Shown here in pieces: positions 1-12,027 of a stretch of DNA of 64,000 bases. The translations under genes were made by a program, and so were the position numbers. Positions within the stretch are counted from its first letter, which is position 1. Each line of letters begins with the position of its first letter. Location: positions 62,001-126,000 of the forward strand of contig JAANOX010000018.1 of the NCBI GenBank assembly GCA_020184695.1. Direction: 5' to 3'. Under the pieces are notes generated by a model, which was not told where the DNA came from, ran no database searches, and saw only the letters and a list, made by a program, of their open reading frames with translations. This DNA is from Histomonas meleagridis 2922-C6/04-290x (Eukaryota; Protista; Parabasalia).

Positions 1-848
1 ATAGTACTAATTAAACTGTAAAGATTAGCATAACGCCCTTCTTGACCTTCTGGAATTTGATGTTTCGTTTCTTCAACAATTAATAATTGCGTTTCATCTT
101 TTAATGTCGTTTCTCTTTCTATTGCTGACGAAATCATTGTTTGATTTGTTTTGTTTATGTTGAAGTAATTGTTGTTTGTTTCTTCTGAAGAAAAATTCAT
201 TTCGCTGTATGTGGTACTTGTAGTGTTATAATATGTCATTATGGAGTTTGGATATATATCATTCGGTGGTCTCATTGTAATTGTTGTTCTTAAATTTGGC
301 GTTGGTTGTAGATATTGGATTTTGTTGTGTTTTTTGTTCTTCTTCTTTGTGTTTTTTGGATTGTTGGGTTGTTCTATGGATTTTTGATATCGCATAAATG
401 GATAAGACATCGAAAGAAATGCACTAATGAAAAAATTATATGTGAAAAAAAAACTTAAACTAAAACTTTGAGATTTGAATTGCTATCATATAAAAGGTGT
501 TTAATTTTTTCTAAATCAAAACTTTTATTTTCATTTTCATATGTAAATATTAAAGGATTATAAAATGATATTTTTATTTTAAAAAATTAGGATATATTTA
601 AATCTTTTTGTAATGTTTAAATTTTAATTAATTATTTCTTCATTTTTTATAATTTCGTCCAAAATTATGGCAGTTTTATAACGTCAAAGTGAAATTTGTT
701 TTTCACAGCTTATATGGTCGGCTAATTATTTCTTTGAAGAAATAATGATAGAAGCCACTTTTGTGTAATTTACACAAACAGTTTTTGAATTAAAATCGAC
801 TTTTTCAGAACCGTTTCTTCCGACAGTTTTATTAGAGCAAGCTTCAAG

Positions 849-1878
849 ATGTATCCATACATGGGAGCTCAAGGATATGCCCAACAAGGCTATGGTTATG
901 GTCAGATGGGTTACGGAATGGGACAACAGTCCATGGTGCAATCAAACGGATATCCTGGTACACAACCTATGGCTTATCCAGGTGCAACACAAATGCCAAC
1001 AACAAATATCAACCCTATGGGTGGTGCAGTTCCTCGAAATTTAGGTGCTTCTCTTCAACCAAATGCAAGACCTTCATTTGTTCAATCAATTATCCGCCCA
1101 GGACAACTCATAAGTTCTGGACAGCAGCCAGTACCTGGCAATCCTGTTCCATATTCGGGAGCAGTCTCAACGACAGGAACCATGCAAGGTGCAGCTCCAC
1201 ATGCAGCACCAGGATCAACAGGAGGCATGAACGCACCAGGTTCACAAAGCACTGCCCCAGGCTCAGGAAGTAGCCAACCACCAAAACCATCATTCAGAAT
1301 TCCAGAAGGTCAAGAAGGGCGTTATGCTAATCTTTACAGTTTAATTAGTACTATCGAATCATTAGAAGATGAATATTGTAATGGTTATATTACATCAGAA
1401 GAACATAATAAATTATTTAGTGAACTTCAGTCACAATTTAATACAGTTCAAAACGCACTTAATTTAACGACAGAAGATATTCGAACATTTTGTAATCATT
1501 GTAAATTATCAGGTAGTTATGCTTTCGCTGCATTATTTAATAGTACACCAGAAATTAGTACAAGTTTAAACCATTCAAATAATGTCGATTTTACAACAAG
1601 CTGTCGCACTTGGTACAGATTTCACGACGTTAAGTGATTATTGTATGGTAGATGCAGTAACTGCAGGTCAATACTTACAATTAATTCGTCAAATTAAAGG
1701 AAGACTTCAATCAATGAATATCCTTCAACAAAATGAAGAAGCAAAAAATATCACCGATTATTGGTTAGATGTGTTCGAAAAAATGAAACCAAATGATAAA
1801 GTACCAAATGATATAATCGAAAAATTAAAATCTCAAATAGGCGTTTGGAGAACATCAGTCATCGACTCAATGCATTAA
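849..1878 (+). CDS. VPS28: VPS28 (ESCRT-I)-like protein with a Gln/Gly/Pro-rich N-terminus; split by a +1 frameshift near 1570-1595
   Basis: ORF 849-1637 contains RYANLYSLISTIESLEDEY..G.IT.EEH.KL (VPS28 N-domain pattern). Overlapping ORF 1582-1878 (QAVALGTDFTTLSD...DYWLDVF...) fits the C-terminal four-helix bundle. Removing one T from GATTTTACAA joins them. Confidence 0.7.
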
Positions 1879-2765
1879 GTAAACGAAACAATTTTGCAAT
1901 TTTTGTTTAAATTTTGTTGTTTTCTCATTGCAATAAAGTTATCAGTTTGAATTTTGTTTTTAACGTTTTTGGTGAAGTGTTTGAGCTTTTGTTCATATTT
2001 GGCGACATGTGATGTAAGATGTATTTATTTTGACGAGTGATACTAGATCGTTAACCGCCGTACGATAGGGAAACGTTTGTGATATACAATCATTATTAAA
2101 AATTTATCATCAACAAAACAAACCCAGATATCATTTGTCAGCAAATTTTACTTAATGGCAATAATTTGCGATATGAATTATCACCAGAAATCGACAACTT
2201 TATTTCAGTTTTCAATTTTGACGCATTAAAAATGGGTAATTTTAATCTGGCCAAATTACACATTGCGCAATTTCAATTTTTGACACATCAAAATTACTCA
2301 ACATTGCCGAAGGATGAATTTAATTGATTTCAGGGAATGTATAAATAAAAAATAAAGGCAAAATTAAAAGTTAAAAAATGAACAAAATGAAAAAGCGTTG
2401 ATTAAACAGAATAACCAGAAAGGAATATAAAGTTAAATAACACATTAAGACAAACAAGCGCTTTGGATAAATGAAATGATTTAACTTTCCATTTATTTAA
2501 ACTCTAACAGTACATATCAAGTATCTTTTATTTAAAATTTGATGAAATTTTAAAAAATGGTAAACTCATTTCATGATAGGTTGGGTGAATTGTTTCAGGC
2601 ATTTTTTGAGTTTTTTGAAAATTTTTAAGGTTCAATTTTTTGTGAGAATTGAAAAATCAAGCAAAAATAATTTGATCTATTTAAGTTGTGCTTAAATGAT
2701 TTCGAGTCACGATTTAAAAACGAATTTAGAAAAGATAACATTAAAAAATATTCAAATTTATGTAT

Positions 2766-3320
2766 TTACTTGAGATATGTTGCTTTCGCTTTGAACTTCT
2801 TCGGAATGAAAAACGGCTTTTCAACGGGCTTCCCAATGACAACACCACATAATAGGCGCCCAGGCTCTATGCCAAGTACCTTCTCAATTGCGCTACGGTC
2901 AGCGTGCTTCATGCAGCCAAGAACCATTGATTGTAAGCCAAATTCTCTTGATGCAATCATCAAAGCCATTTCAACTATACCTTCATGAACTGGCGTGTGA
3001 TCAGGTGTGGAACGCTCATTCTTAAGCAAACATATTAAGCAACCAGCATCGCCGGTAATTGGATTTTGAACTTTAAAATTATTAATTCTTTTCATAAATT
3101 TGATGCGGCCTTCTTCTTCAATGGTATCAAGTGTTACCTTAGTTGCCTCTTCTATTTTTTGACGGTTTGTTATTACAAGAAGATCAACATCTTGAACATC
3201 AAGTCCAGTTGGTGAAAGAAGTGCTGCATCAACAATTGCTTTCAATTCAGCCTCAGGTATAATATAATCTTTTTGATATTGGCGAATTGTTCGACGAGTT
3301 ATTAAAGCGTTAAGAGCCAT
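2766..3320 (-). CDS. Nitroreductase family protein
   Basis: N-terminal LITRRTIRQY...AALLSPTG FMN-binding motif; GIVEMALMIASREFGLQS..LG; 184 aa. Confidence 0.85.
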   Translation of the reverse strand: MALNALITRRTIRQYQKDYIIPEAELKAIVDAALLSPTGLDVQDVDLLVITNRQKIEEATKVTLDTIEEEGRIKFMKRINNFKVQNPITGDAGCLICLLKNERSTPDHTPVHEGIVEMALMIASREFGLQSMVLGCMKHADRSAIEKVLGIEPGRLLCGVVIGKPVEKPFFIPKKFKAKATYLK

Positions 3321-3801
3321 AACAAAAAAAAATTTGAGTTTTTCAATTCTGTAAAAACAGAATTTTGCGAATAAACCGTCACATACGCCGATAACCTCAG
3401 AAAAATCACTTCATTTTTTCAGTGACGCTGATGAAACAAAAAAATTTAATTCATCCTTATGTAAGCTTGAATTTAGATTGAATGCTTCTGTTTTTGAGTG
3501 TAGTAATTTACGTAAGAGGGGTATTTCCTTTGAATGAACAATTTTTTAATTTAAATTGATTATTTGACTAAATAAAAAAATTTATAAAAATATTAAATCA
3601 CCATTGTTTTGAAACCTTTAAGATTGTATTGGTTCTAGGAAAACATGAGTACATATGCTTTTAGTTGGAGATTTTTTAGTAATTTATCTGACACTTTTTT
3701 GACTTCATTGTAAAATGGCGATTTGAAAAGTTTACTTCAAAATCTTCCATTTTTCACGAAAACCGCTAAAATTCGGGTGCACCAAACTATATCGAATCAA
3801 A

Positions 3802-4368
3802 ATGAGCTATGAAATCCTTGATGACCCTTTATCCAGCTCTACTACATTACAAACATTGCCTGTACAACAAAGCTCAAAAGGTGTAAAACGTCCACCAAAT
3901 GCTTATAATTTATATTACATGGAAAGGCATACAATTGAAAAAGCAGAAAATCCTACAATGTCTGGGAATGGGATTTCACAGCTCATTGGCAGGAAGTGGG
4001 CAGAAATGTCAGAAGAACAAAAAGCTCCTTATAAGGAAAAGGCAAAAGAAATTAATAACTCATTTCGAATAGATCACCCTGATTATCACTATCAAAAATC
4101 AGCCAACAAAGCTAAAACAAAAAATACGCAAAATTTTATACCGCTCAATTCTCATGATAATGATATATTTTCATTACATACACATGAAATGAATCAACAG
4201 CAACAAATTGAAATGCAGATACACCATTTGTTCAATTGGCTTGGTATACAAGTAATAAGTAGATACACTTCAATGAACAAGGAGATTAAAGATGGAATCC
4301 TTCAATCAGTACAAAATGCCATTCAACAATATGGTTTTGTAAACCAAGAAAATGACATTCATATGTAA
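3802..4368 (+). CDS. HMG-box DNA-binding protein (SOX/MATA-type)
   Basis: KRPPNAYNLY...ENPTMSGNGISQLIGRKWAEMSEEQKAPYKEKAKE...HPDYHY. Confidence 0.9.
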   Translation: MSYEILDDPLSSSTTLQTLPVQQSSKGVKRPPNAYNLYYMERHTIEKAENPTMSGNGISQLIGRKWAEMSEEQKAPYKEKAKEINNSFRIDHPDYHYQKSANKAKTKNTQNFIPLNSHDNDIFSLHTHEMNQQQQIEMQIHHLFNWLGIQVISRYTSMNKEIKDGILQSVQNAIQQYGFVNQENDIHM

Positions 4369-4612
4369 GGTACTGTGCTTAATGTCATTTACACATCTTG
4401 TTTAAATTTTTCCTGTTTATTATTAAAAATTATTACATTTATATATTATCGAAAGCAAGCATTTTCTTTTTTGCTTAAAAATAATTTTTAAATAGTATCA
4501 AATCATTTGCACTTAACCAGCCGATACATTTTTTCAATGAAATTTAATCGGATTTTCTTGATTTTCAAAGGATTACAAAAGCATCAAAGTTTGATGTGTT
4601 GATTAAATCAAA

Positions 4613-5548
4613 ATGCTTTATGATGATTCGAATCAAGATTTGTTTGTTTTTGGGTTATATCCTATTAATCCTTTGCAAATAAATGCAAAAAGTGATAAAG
4701 AAAATGAATCTCATTTAAAATCTTTTAATCCAAGAAAAGAAACACAAAATTTTCGTGTTTTTTCTCATAGAATTTCACCAATTGATCAAACAATGGAATT
4801 TTTATTCTTTTCAAGATTATCCAAAGAAGAGATTTGTTTCTTTTGGGACATTCCACGTTTTCATGAACAATTTATTGAAGTTATGAAATATCGAACGAAA
4901 CGAATATTGATCAATTCGTCAAATCTTCTTAAATATTTAACATTTGATCATAAACATGAAAATGAAACGAATATAAAATTCCAAACGACAGAAAGACAAA
5001 ATCGAATTATCGAATATCTTCTTCATTCGAATGATAAAACTCTTCAAATTGAAGAAAAAGATTTTTTGGTGTTTCCGATATTAATAAAATATTTAAGTGA
5101 AGCGTATGAATGCAAAGGACTATTTCTATTTGTGTTTGAAGAAGAGGAAACAAATGAAAAATGTTATGAAACATTCGAAAGTTATACAAATTTACGAATT
5201 TTAAGTTTTAATGTGAACAACGAAAACATTAAATATTTAACAGATTATATATTTCCGTCATTTGATATCAGCGGACAAATAATTTCAAATTATTATTCGT
5301 TTTCGATTATATTTATACAATGCGAAACATTAAAAGAAAACGAAAAATATTTTAATTCGATTCATTGGGAAATTGTTATAAATATATCGAAAACACAACA
5401 AAAAGTTCCAATAACAAATTGTACGAAAACATTTAACGTAATAATTAAAACATTAAACAACGAAACAAATTCCATAATAAGTGAAACAGACAATAAATAT
5501 CTAATGCAACTAAGTGAATATGAAACAGTGTTCCAAAGCGAAATGTAA
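4613..5548 (+). CDS. Hypothetical protein
   Basis: 311-aa ATG-initiated ORF; no motif I can assign confidently. Confidence 0.5.
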   Translation: MLYDDSNQDLFVFGLYPINPLQINAKSDKENESHLKSFNPRKETQNFRVFSHRISPIDQTMEFLFFSRLSKEEICFFWDIPRFHEQFIEVMKYRTKRILINSSNLLKYLTFDHKHENETNIKFQTTERQNRIIEYLLHSNDKTLQIEEKDFLVFPILIKYLSEAYECKGLFLFVFEEEETNEKCYETFESYTNLRILSFNVNNENIKYLTDYIFPSFDISGQIISNYYSFSIIFIQCETLKENEKYFNSIHWEIVINISKTQQKVPITNCTKTFNVIIKTLNNETNSIISETDNKYLMQLSEYETVFQSEM

Positions 5549-5789
5549 TTGCAAATGTGAAATACGTAATAATAAAAAATTGTTAATGCAAATGATTTTT
5601 AACGTGTTTTTGGTGTTCGTGACATACCATGAGACATTCGAAATATTTGTAATTCAGATGGACGCTGAAGTCGCGAAGTTACTTCTGATGCAGAAAATAT
5701 TAAAAATATTTCTTTTATTTTGATTGATAATTATTTGCATAATTTGAAGTTTTAAAATTTGAAAATATTTTAGATAGCTGTCTGTATGT

Positions 5790-6050
5790 AAGAGAGCACT
5801 TATGTGGGAATTGAAAACGGCATTTAAAAATAGTTAAATTACTTCTTGATCAAAAAAAAATTTTGAATGCTAAAGATGTTTATTTGCTTTAATGTTTTAT
5901 TATTTATTTTAATAGTTTGATACATCAAAATAATATATGGAAATTACATAAATTATTTGAGGCAGCACTTATTTGGTATCTTTGGAACTTCATAAAGAAA
6001 TGATTAAATTCCTTTATGAACAAAGAGAAATTTATACAAATATAAAAAAT
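5790..6050 (+). pseudogene. Degenerate relic of a spacer-interrupted ankyrin array
   Basis: Frameshifted ankyrin pieces (..HLKIVKLLLDQKKILNAKD and EAALIW) flank a junction at 5878-5958: GAT[21]ATT[17]GAT[17]GGA[17]GAG. Confidence 0.75.
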
Positions 6051-6265
6051 TGGTAATATAATTATTGATTAAAGAAATTAAATAGTTCTCCATAATTATA
6101 ATCTGTTAAATGAATACATACATTGGCCAAAAAATGTAGATAAGAAACTAAAAACACACATTGACCCTCAGCATTACCTTTTTTAGGATCTGTTTTTAGC
6201 TCAAGTGTGAATCTCGATTAAGTATTTGCTAAAAAGAGGTGAAATAGAGAAAGTGTTTACAGTAA

Positions 6266-6895
6266 TTATGTATATGATGAAAGAGCTTTCGAATATTTAG
6301 CATCTATCATTTCGCATTTTAATCTCAGCTCATCTGAGCTTGCTGCCACAAGAGACTGAATTGAGTTGACTGCCTCCCTTCGTCTCTTACTTTGTAATTT
6401 CATAATTTCATCTTGCAGAAATGAAATTTCTCTCTCTAGCATGTCGATTTTTACACCTGTGGAATTCACAAAATATGAAACCATTGCATCTCCTGACTTT
6501 GATTCTTGTATAAAATTAGATATTTTAGGGAACATTGAATTATGATGTTTACTTAAACATCTTAAAAGTTTCTCTTTCGAAAAATTATATTTTGTTCTGG
6601 TTTCATTCGTTTGAGTCGAAGTATCAACAAGTTTTGGTTTTTGATTATTCGAAAATATAAAATCCGAAGTAATTTTCATCTTTGCTTCCTCACGCTTTGG
6701 GGTTACTGTTTGTTTTTGTAATTCTTCGAAGAAGAAATTTCTTTCCTCTCTAAGTTGTGATATTTCTTTTTTTAAATTTTTTTGTTGTTTTAAAAGACGC
6801 TCCATTTCATTTTTCATTTCTTCTGACATAAAAGAAGAGAATACATCAATATCTCTTTGTCTATTCTTTGATTTTTCCTCTTGTTCTGGTTGCAT
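6266..6895 (-). CDS. Hypothetical coiled-coil protein
   Basis: 209-aa ATG ORF rich in E/K/Q heptads. Confidence 0.65.
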   Translation of the reverse strand: MQPEQEEKSKNRQRDIDVFSSFMSEEMKNEMERLLKQQKNLKKEISQLREERNFFFEELQKQTVTPKREEAKMKITSDFIFSNNQKPKLVDTSTQTNETRTKYNFSKEKLLRCLSKHHNSMFPKISNFIQESKSGDAMVSYFVNSTGVKIDMLEREISFLQDEIMKLQSKRRREAVNSIQSLVAASSDELRLKCEMIDAKYSKALSSYT

Positions 6896-7015
6896 TAAAA
6901 AAACCGTTTATAAAATTTCTTTATTTACAAAAAAGTTATATTCAAAAAGATGTCAAAACCTTTTAGTTGATATTTTTTACTTAAAAAAAATAAATAAATA
7001 AACAATAAAATGATT

Positions 7016-7285
7016 CTATTCTGAATTATTTTGAAATTTGACAATTACATTTCCATTAATAAATGAAATTGATGCTAATTTTCCTCTTGCAATAATATCA
7101 AAGTCCATAGGTACATATTCTTCCATAAAAAAATTTTGTGTTTTTTGGAAATTTCCCACTTCTGTATAAATCTGCTCATTTCTTTTTTGCGTCATTTGTT
7201 GTTGAGAATTTTGCATAGCATTTGGTGGAATATCCAATAACTTCACTGTTCTATTTTTTCTTTTACTTCTTCTTTGAGCTGACAT
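7016..7285 (-). CDS. Small hypothetical protein
   Basis: 89-aa ATG ORF with a basic N-terminus (RRSKRKNR). Confidence 0.45.
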   Translation of the reverse strand: MSAQRRSKRKNRTVKLLDIPPNAMQNSQQQMTQKRNEQIYTEVGNFQKTQNFFMEEYVPMDFDIIARGKLASISFINGNVIVKFQNNSE

Positions 7286-7620
7286 AAATTACAGTGTCAG
7301 ACAATATTGAAACCGGTGTCAAAACCATACACATAAAAAACCGTAATTTCCAATCAAAACCTTTAATTTTGTCAACTTTTTTTATTAGAAAAATAAACTC
7401 ATCACACATTGCAATCGGGAATTGTGTAAAGTCATAATCCTCCATCTAACGTTAACACAACCAGTTCGAGTTTTTTTCTGGAAATGTTTTCAGCCACCAC
7501 AATTTATAAATTATTTACAACTTTTAAAACAATTAAAATCTATATTAAAAATCATAATTTTTGTTTTAAAATGTTTTTTAAGTTTCATATTATATTTTGA
7601 AATAAAAAGAAAAAAAATTG

Positions 7621-10600
7621 TTAAAGTTTATCAAGGCCAAATGTTGAGACTTGTTTTCTCCTTAAGAACGGCGTACTCTTAAAGTCATATTGAGGGTCAT
7701 CATTAGTTGCGCCATGAGCCATTGTATGATACATTCCAACGTTTGCAGGCTCGTCGAATATGTAACCAGTGTTATTCTCCTTATCCGGATACACGTTATC
7801 CATTGGGAGCTCAGGGTCAGGCGGAATGAATTCCTTAACTTCATCTCTAACCTTTTTACCAGACTTTCCAGCTCTCTCACTCACAAGCACTCTATTTGTT
7901 ATAATGTTTCTACTGTTTTGTATTGCGTCGAAAGTTACCACAGGGAAAATGGACAAAACAGCAGTTCCAATCACAGAGAAATAAAACGACGAATTCTTAA
8001 ACACATAAACACCAGTCTTATATACCAACATCGAGAACTTCATATAAGTTACGACAGTTACAACTAAGGGATATATCAATATACTTCCCCAAATAAACAA
8101 ATGATGTAACCACGTCCAATAATTACACATGAAAGCGATTCTCAAGTTAACAGTCAAAACAACACAACCATAAACAGTTAAACCAAATTGGCTCAAATCA
8201 ATTGAATGTCCATCACTATTAATGAATGGATACATTCCGAAATAAGGAACAAAGAATGATATTAATGCGTGTACAATACCTAACAAAAGATTCAACCAAA
8301 AGCGTAAATAACTTTGTATCCATTCTCGTCGCCCATCGATGTAATATAACTCCGGTATATTCTCCATTGAGTCTTGTGATACATCTCGTTCCAAACCTGC
8401 GTAGATCACTGGTGGCACAGATGTGAAGAAGACATTAAACACAGTATATAATATTGAGTCATAAACTGTGTTACCACTAAATGATGAATAGAACTGAAAG
8501 ATGATTTGGCAGAACGAGAAGCACATGTTCTTATAGAAACTATAATTAACCAAATCAACGTTTCGATAGAAGTTAAGTCGTCCATGTGTTAACAATAAGC
8601 GCTTAAGGAATCGGAATTGTCCAAATGAATAATCAGATGCAAGAACTGCTTGACGACCTTCTTTACCACTAATGCCACATCCGACATCTGCTTCTAATAT
8701 CATTCCGACATCATTAGCTCCATCGCCTATAGCTAAACATAATTTTCCTGTTTTCTCTCGCATCATTTTAACGATCGAAGCCTTTTGTAATGGGGAAACA
8801 CGACAACATATAACTGATTGACAACGTTTCGATAATTCATAAAACTTATCAATGTATTCCGGCTTCAACAAATGATATAATGAACCACCTCCTGCAATTA
8901 ATGCTAATTTAGAAGATGTATCATTTAATCCGTTGTTCATATTTTCCATTAACTCATTAATGTCATCAGTATCTAATATTATTAATTTCATATCGCCCGT
9001 CAATAAAGAACATGCAAACCCAATGTTAATAGCTGTCTCTCGTTTATCTCCAGTAATGACCCAAACATTAATCTTCGCTCTTAATAATGACTCGATAGTA
9101 TCAGGTACACCTTCTTGTAACTTATCTTCAATAGCTGTAGCGCCCAAAAGTATTAAATCATTTTCAATCTCATTACATACTTCATTCACTAATTCATCAC
9201 GATTTTGGATCGCGCAATTCGCATCGTGGAATCGTTTCGCCCAATCATTATAAAAGTCTTCATCAATAACGCGATAAGTACAACAAAGTGTACGTAATCC
9301 ATCTGCAGCAAATTGCTTCAAGTTAGAACGTGTCTCTTCTTGATAAGGCGAATCTTTCTTTAGTTTTTGGAAGATCAAATCATCTGCGCCTTTACAATAT
9401 AATATAATTTCATTAGTTTCTGGATGTCGGATAATGACTGAACTTCTTTTACGTTCTGAAGTGAACTCCAATACAGCCATTACTTCGATGTTTATGTCTT
9501 CGCCTTTAACACTTACGACTAAATTCGATGGTGATCGAGATTTAAAGACATATCCCATATCTGCTGCAGCTGAGACTAACGCTGCTTCATCTGGTGATGA
9601 CGCTTGGAATGCAATTCCATAAGGTTTAGTACTATCAACTTCAGGTATAACTGAATGACATACAGCTAATAACCATATGAAATGCTTAATTTCCATTGGC
9701 GCACCATTACGTAAGATGCGTTCGAATTCGGCATCTTGAAATGCTTTACCATTTTTATTGGGCGGTGGTATACTTAGTCCTCTTCGTTTAGCTGCTGCAT
9801 ATGCTATTTCAGTAGTACCACTTCCATATATATGTCCACTAATACTACATTTCATGAACTCCATAACATTACGAGTTAATGTTCCTGTCTTATCTGAAAA
9901 GATATATTCGATTTGCCCTAAATCATCAGAGATATTTGAAGTACGTGCATTCGCTGGTACATCATTTTCAACATCATAAAGTTTGGCATCCCAATTGACA
10001 AATAATGCTTGGAAAACACGTACAATTTCTAAGGTAACATATAATGAAATTGGAATCATGGCATTAATTATAACTAAATTGGAAACTAATAATATGAAAA
10101 ATTTAGCGGTTTGATTTGGCATGTTTGACTGGTTTATGAAAAAGTACCAGTGCTTTGACGTATAAATTTGCTGCTTTTGGAATGAAAATCCAATCGCAGT
10201 GGAAATAATGCCCCATAAGAAGATGAAACAGAATATTGATATGAGCTTGGCATTAAGGCCTCTTTCAAGCTTTGACTTCTTACTTCGGGCTGTACTTGAA
10301 TTCATCATTAACTTGGATTCTAAACCAGTATAAACAACAACACCAATGGCAAATTGAGTGTTACGAAGAACACAGCCACGAAGTAATACTTGCTTGTTAT
10401 CAAGTGGATGTTGAGAACCATTATATTCTAAACAGCCATTAAATGTATAAAGTAAATTGTTAATATCATCGCATTTAATTGTGCCTTGGAAGTTAGTAAG
10501 GGCTGATGGATCTGTAATGTTTGCGGTGTTTTGAAGTGCTTGTCGAACTTTAAGATTTGTTTCTCCATCAAGATTACATGTATCTATATAAGCAATTCCA

Positions 10601-11052
10601 TCTTCTGTATTGGTAGAAAAGAGAACCATATCTGCTGGTACTTGTTCATCCTTTCTAACAATAATAATATCACCTACATAAACATTTTTCCATTCAATAT
10701 CTACAAATTGATTGTTTTCTAGCTTGTGCGCAACGGTGGAGTTAATTTTACAATCGGATTTATACCGCATAAAATCTTCTATGGCTTCACGAACTGCTGA
10801 AATGCCCACAACAAGTGCAAGAGGTAAAACAGCAACAGCGGCAGAAATAGGAACACCTGGGACATTAAGTAAAGCAACAACTACTAAAAAGTAAAAGTTT
10901 GCTATACGTGAAAATTGTTCAAATAAATTTTTTGGTAAAAATGTCAATATGGTATATTTGGTTGTATGGATAGTATTGTCCACAAATATTGGTTTCCCTT
11001 TTTCACCTATGGTATTGTGGATGATAATGGTTCTGCCTTCGCTCTCATCCAT
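7621..11052 (-). CDS. P4-type ATPase (phospholipid flippase)
   Basis: LDGETNLK, IFSDKTGTLT phosphorylation motif, SPDEAALV, GATAIEDKLQEGVP, CCRVSPLQKA, IGDGANDV; 1143 aa. Confidence 0.97.
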   Translation of the reverse strand: MDESEGRTIIIHNTIGEKGKPIFVDNTIHTTKYTILTFLPKNLFEQFSRIANFYFLVVVALLNVPGVPISAAVAVLPLALVVGISAVREAIEDFMRYKSDCKINSTVAHKLENNQFVDIEWKNVYVGDIIIVRKDEQVPADMVLFSTNTEDGIAYIDTCNLDGETNLKVRQALQNTANITDPSALTNFQGTIKCDDINNLLYTFNGCLEYNGSQHPLDNKQVLLRGCVLRNTQFAIGVVVYTGLESKLMMNSSTARSKKSKLERGLNAKLISIFCFIFLWGIISTAIGFSFQKQQIYTSKHWYFFINQSNMPNQTAKFFILLVSNLVIINAMIPISLYVTLEIVRVFQALFVNWDAKLYDVENDVPANARTSNISDDLGQIEYIFSDKTGTLTRNVMEFMKCSISGHIYGSGTTEIAYAAAKRRGLSIPPPNKNGKAFQDAEFERILRNGAPMEIKHFIWLLAVCHSVIPEVDSTKPYGIAFQASSPDEAALVSAAADMGYVFKSRSPSNLVVSVKGEDINIEVMAVLEFTSERKRSSVIIRHPETNEIILYCKGADDLIFQKLKKDSPYQEETRSNLKQFAADGLRTLCCTYRVIDEDFYNDWAKRFHDANCAIQNRDELVNEVCNEIENDLILLGATAIEDKLQEGVPDTIESLLRAKINVWVITGDKRETAINIGFACSLLTGDMKLIILDTDDINELMENMNNGLNDTSSKLALIAGGGSLYHLLKPEYIDKFYELSKRCQSVICCRVSPLQKASIVKMMREKTGKLCLAIGDGANDVGMILEADVGCGISGKEGRQAVLASDYSFGQFRFLKRLLLTHGRLNFYRNVDLVNYSFYKNMCFSFCQIIFQFYSSFSGNTVYDSILYTVFNVFFTSVPPVIYAGLERDVSQDSMENIPELYYIDGRREWIQSYLRFWLNLLLGIVHALISFFVPYFGMYPFINSDGHSIDLSQFGLTVYGCVVLTVNLRIAFMCNYWTWLHHLFIWGSILIYPLVVTVVTYMKFSMLVYKTGVYVFKNSSFYFSVIGTAVLSIFPVVTFDAIQNSRNIITNRVLVSERAGKSGKKVRDEVKEFIPPDPELPMDNVYPDKENNTGYIFDEPANVGMYHTMAHGATNDDPQYDFKSTPFLRRKQVSTFGLDKL

Positions 11053-11388
11053 CCTGAGGGAATTAGGTTAAACCGCAAAAAAACCGGAAAAAAACGGTTC
11101 AAGTTTTGACTTTCACAAGACCGTTTAACGCTTTGTTTCCTGAAATTTGAATGGTTTATTTTATTTGGCTTCTTCGTGATTTATTTCAACGAAAAATCTT
11201 CATCATTATTCATGAATAACAAAACTCAAACCTTACTTTGTTAAATATGTCTACTCTAAATTTAAACAAGAAATGATTTCAAAATTAAAATATTATGAAA
11301 AACAAATAATGTTTATTCTATTGAGAAAACACAGAAAGAAGTAAAGCAAACCCAAAAAAACTTAAAATTTACAATTTTACAAAATGCT

Positions 11389-12027
11389 TCATTCTTGATG
11401 ACCATCGCCCATGGCAGCAATACTCTTATATATCTCTTCCATCTCTTTGGCATGATCCTGCAAAACGTTGTTGAGCAATTTTTCTGTTTCTTCATACTTT
11501 TTTTTAAATTGTAATCCATACGAAAGATATTGCTTGTTCTGCTTCTTGAGCTCTTCAATGATTTGGGGTGCTGCATCATTTGTTTGTGTTGATGTGCTTT
11601 TTGTTTCCTTTTGGAATTTTGTAAAATCTGTTTGGGAAAATTCAAAAATTCCTTGTTCTTTCGAAATAGATGGTTGATATATAAAAAGATCATCCAGGTC
11701 TTCTGTTTCTGATATTTTTTGTTTTTTTGCTATTGCAGCTCCTGATGATTTAATGTAATTTTGTTGTTGTTCCATTAATTGAAGTTTTGCAAACGTATTA
11801 TCATAATTAGATGACACTGTATCTAAAAGAGATTTTGCATTTCCTAAATCTTTTTCATACTGATTTTTTATGTGTAAAATCAATTGTATTAATCCTGATC
11901 CAATTTGCGGTGAAATTTGTTCTAGCTTTTGGAAAACATTCATTACTTCATTCCAATTCACAAATTCGTCTTCTTCTATTTCTTCTGATATCATTAATAT
12001 CCTTTCTGCAAACTCTGATTCTTCCAT
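11389..12027 (-). CDS. Hypothetical coiled-coil protein
   Basis: 212-aa ATG ORF, acidic and helical. Confidence 0.6.
   Translation of the reverse strand: MEESEFAERILMISEEIEEDEFVNWNEVMNVFQKLEQISPQIGSGLIQLILHIKNQYEKDLGNAKSLLDTVSSNYDNTFAKLQLMEQQQNYIKSSGAAIAKKQKISETEDLDDLFIYQPSISKEQGIFEFSQTDFTKFQKETKSTSTQTNDAAPQIIEELKKQNKQYLSYGLQFKKKYEETEKLLNNVLQDHAKEMEEIYKSIAAMGDGHQE

Noticed and set aside
1543-1558. 16-nt GTACACCAGAAATTAG as a micro-intron fixing VPS28
   Set aside because: The resulting frame hits TAA at 1567-1569.
7662-10894. Many short ORFs overlapping the P4-ATPase and other long genes
   Set aside because: Antisense or alternate-frame shadows with no motifs.
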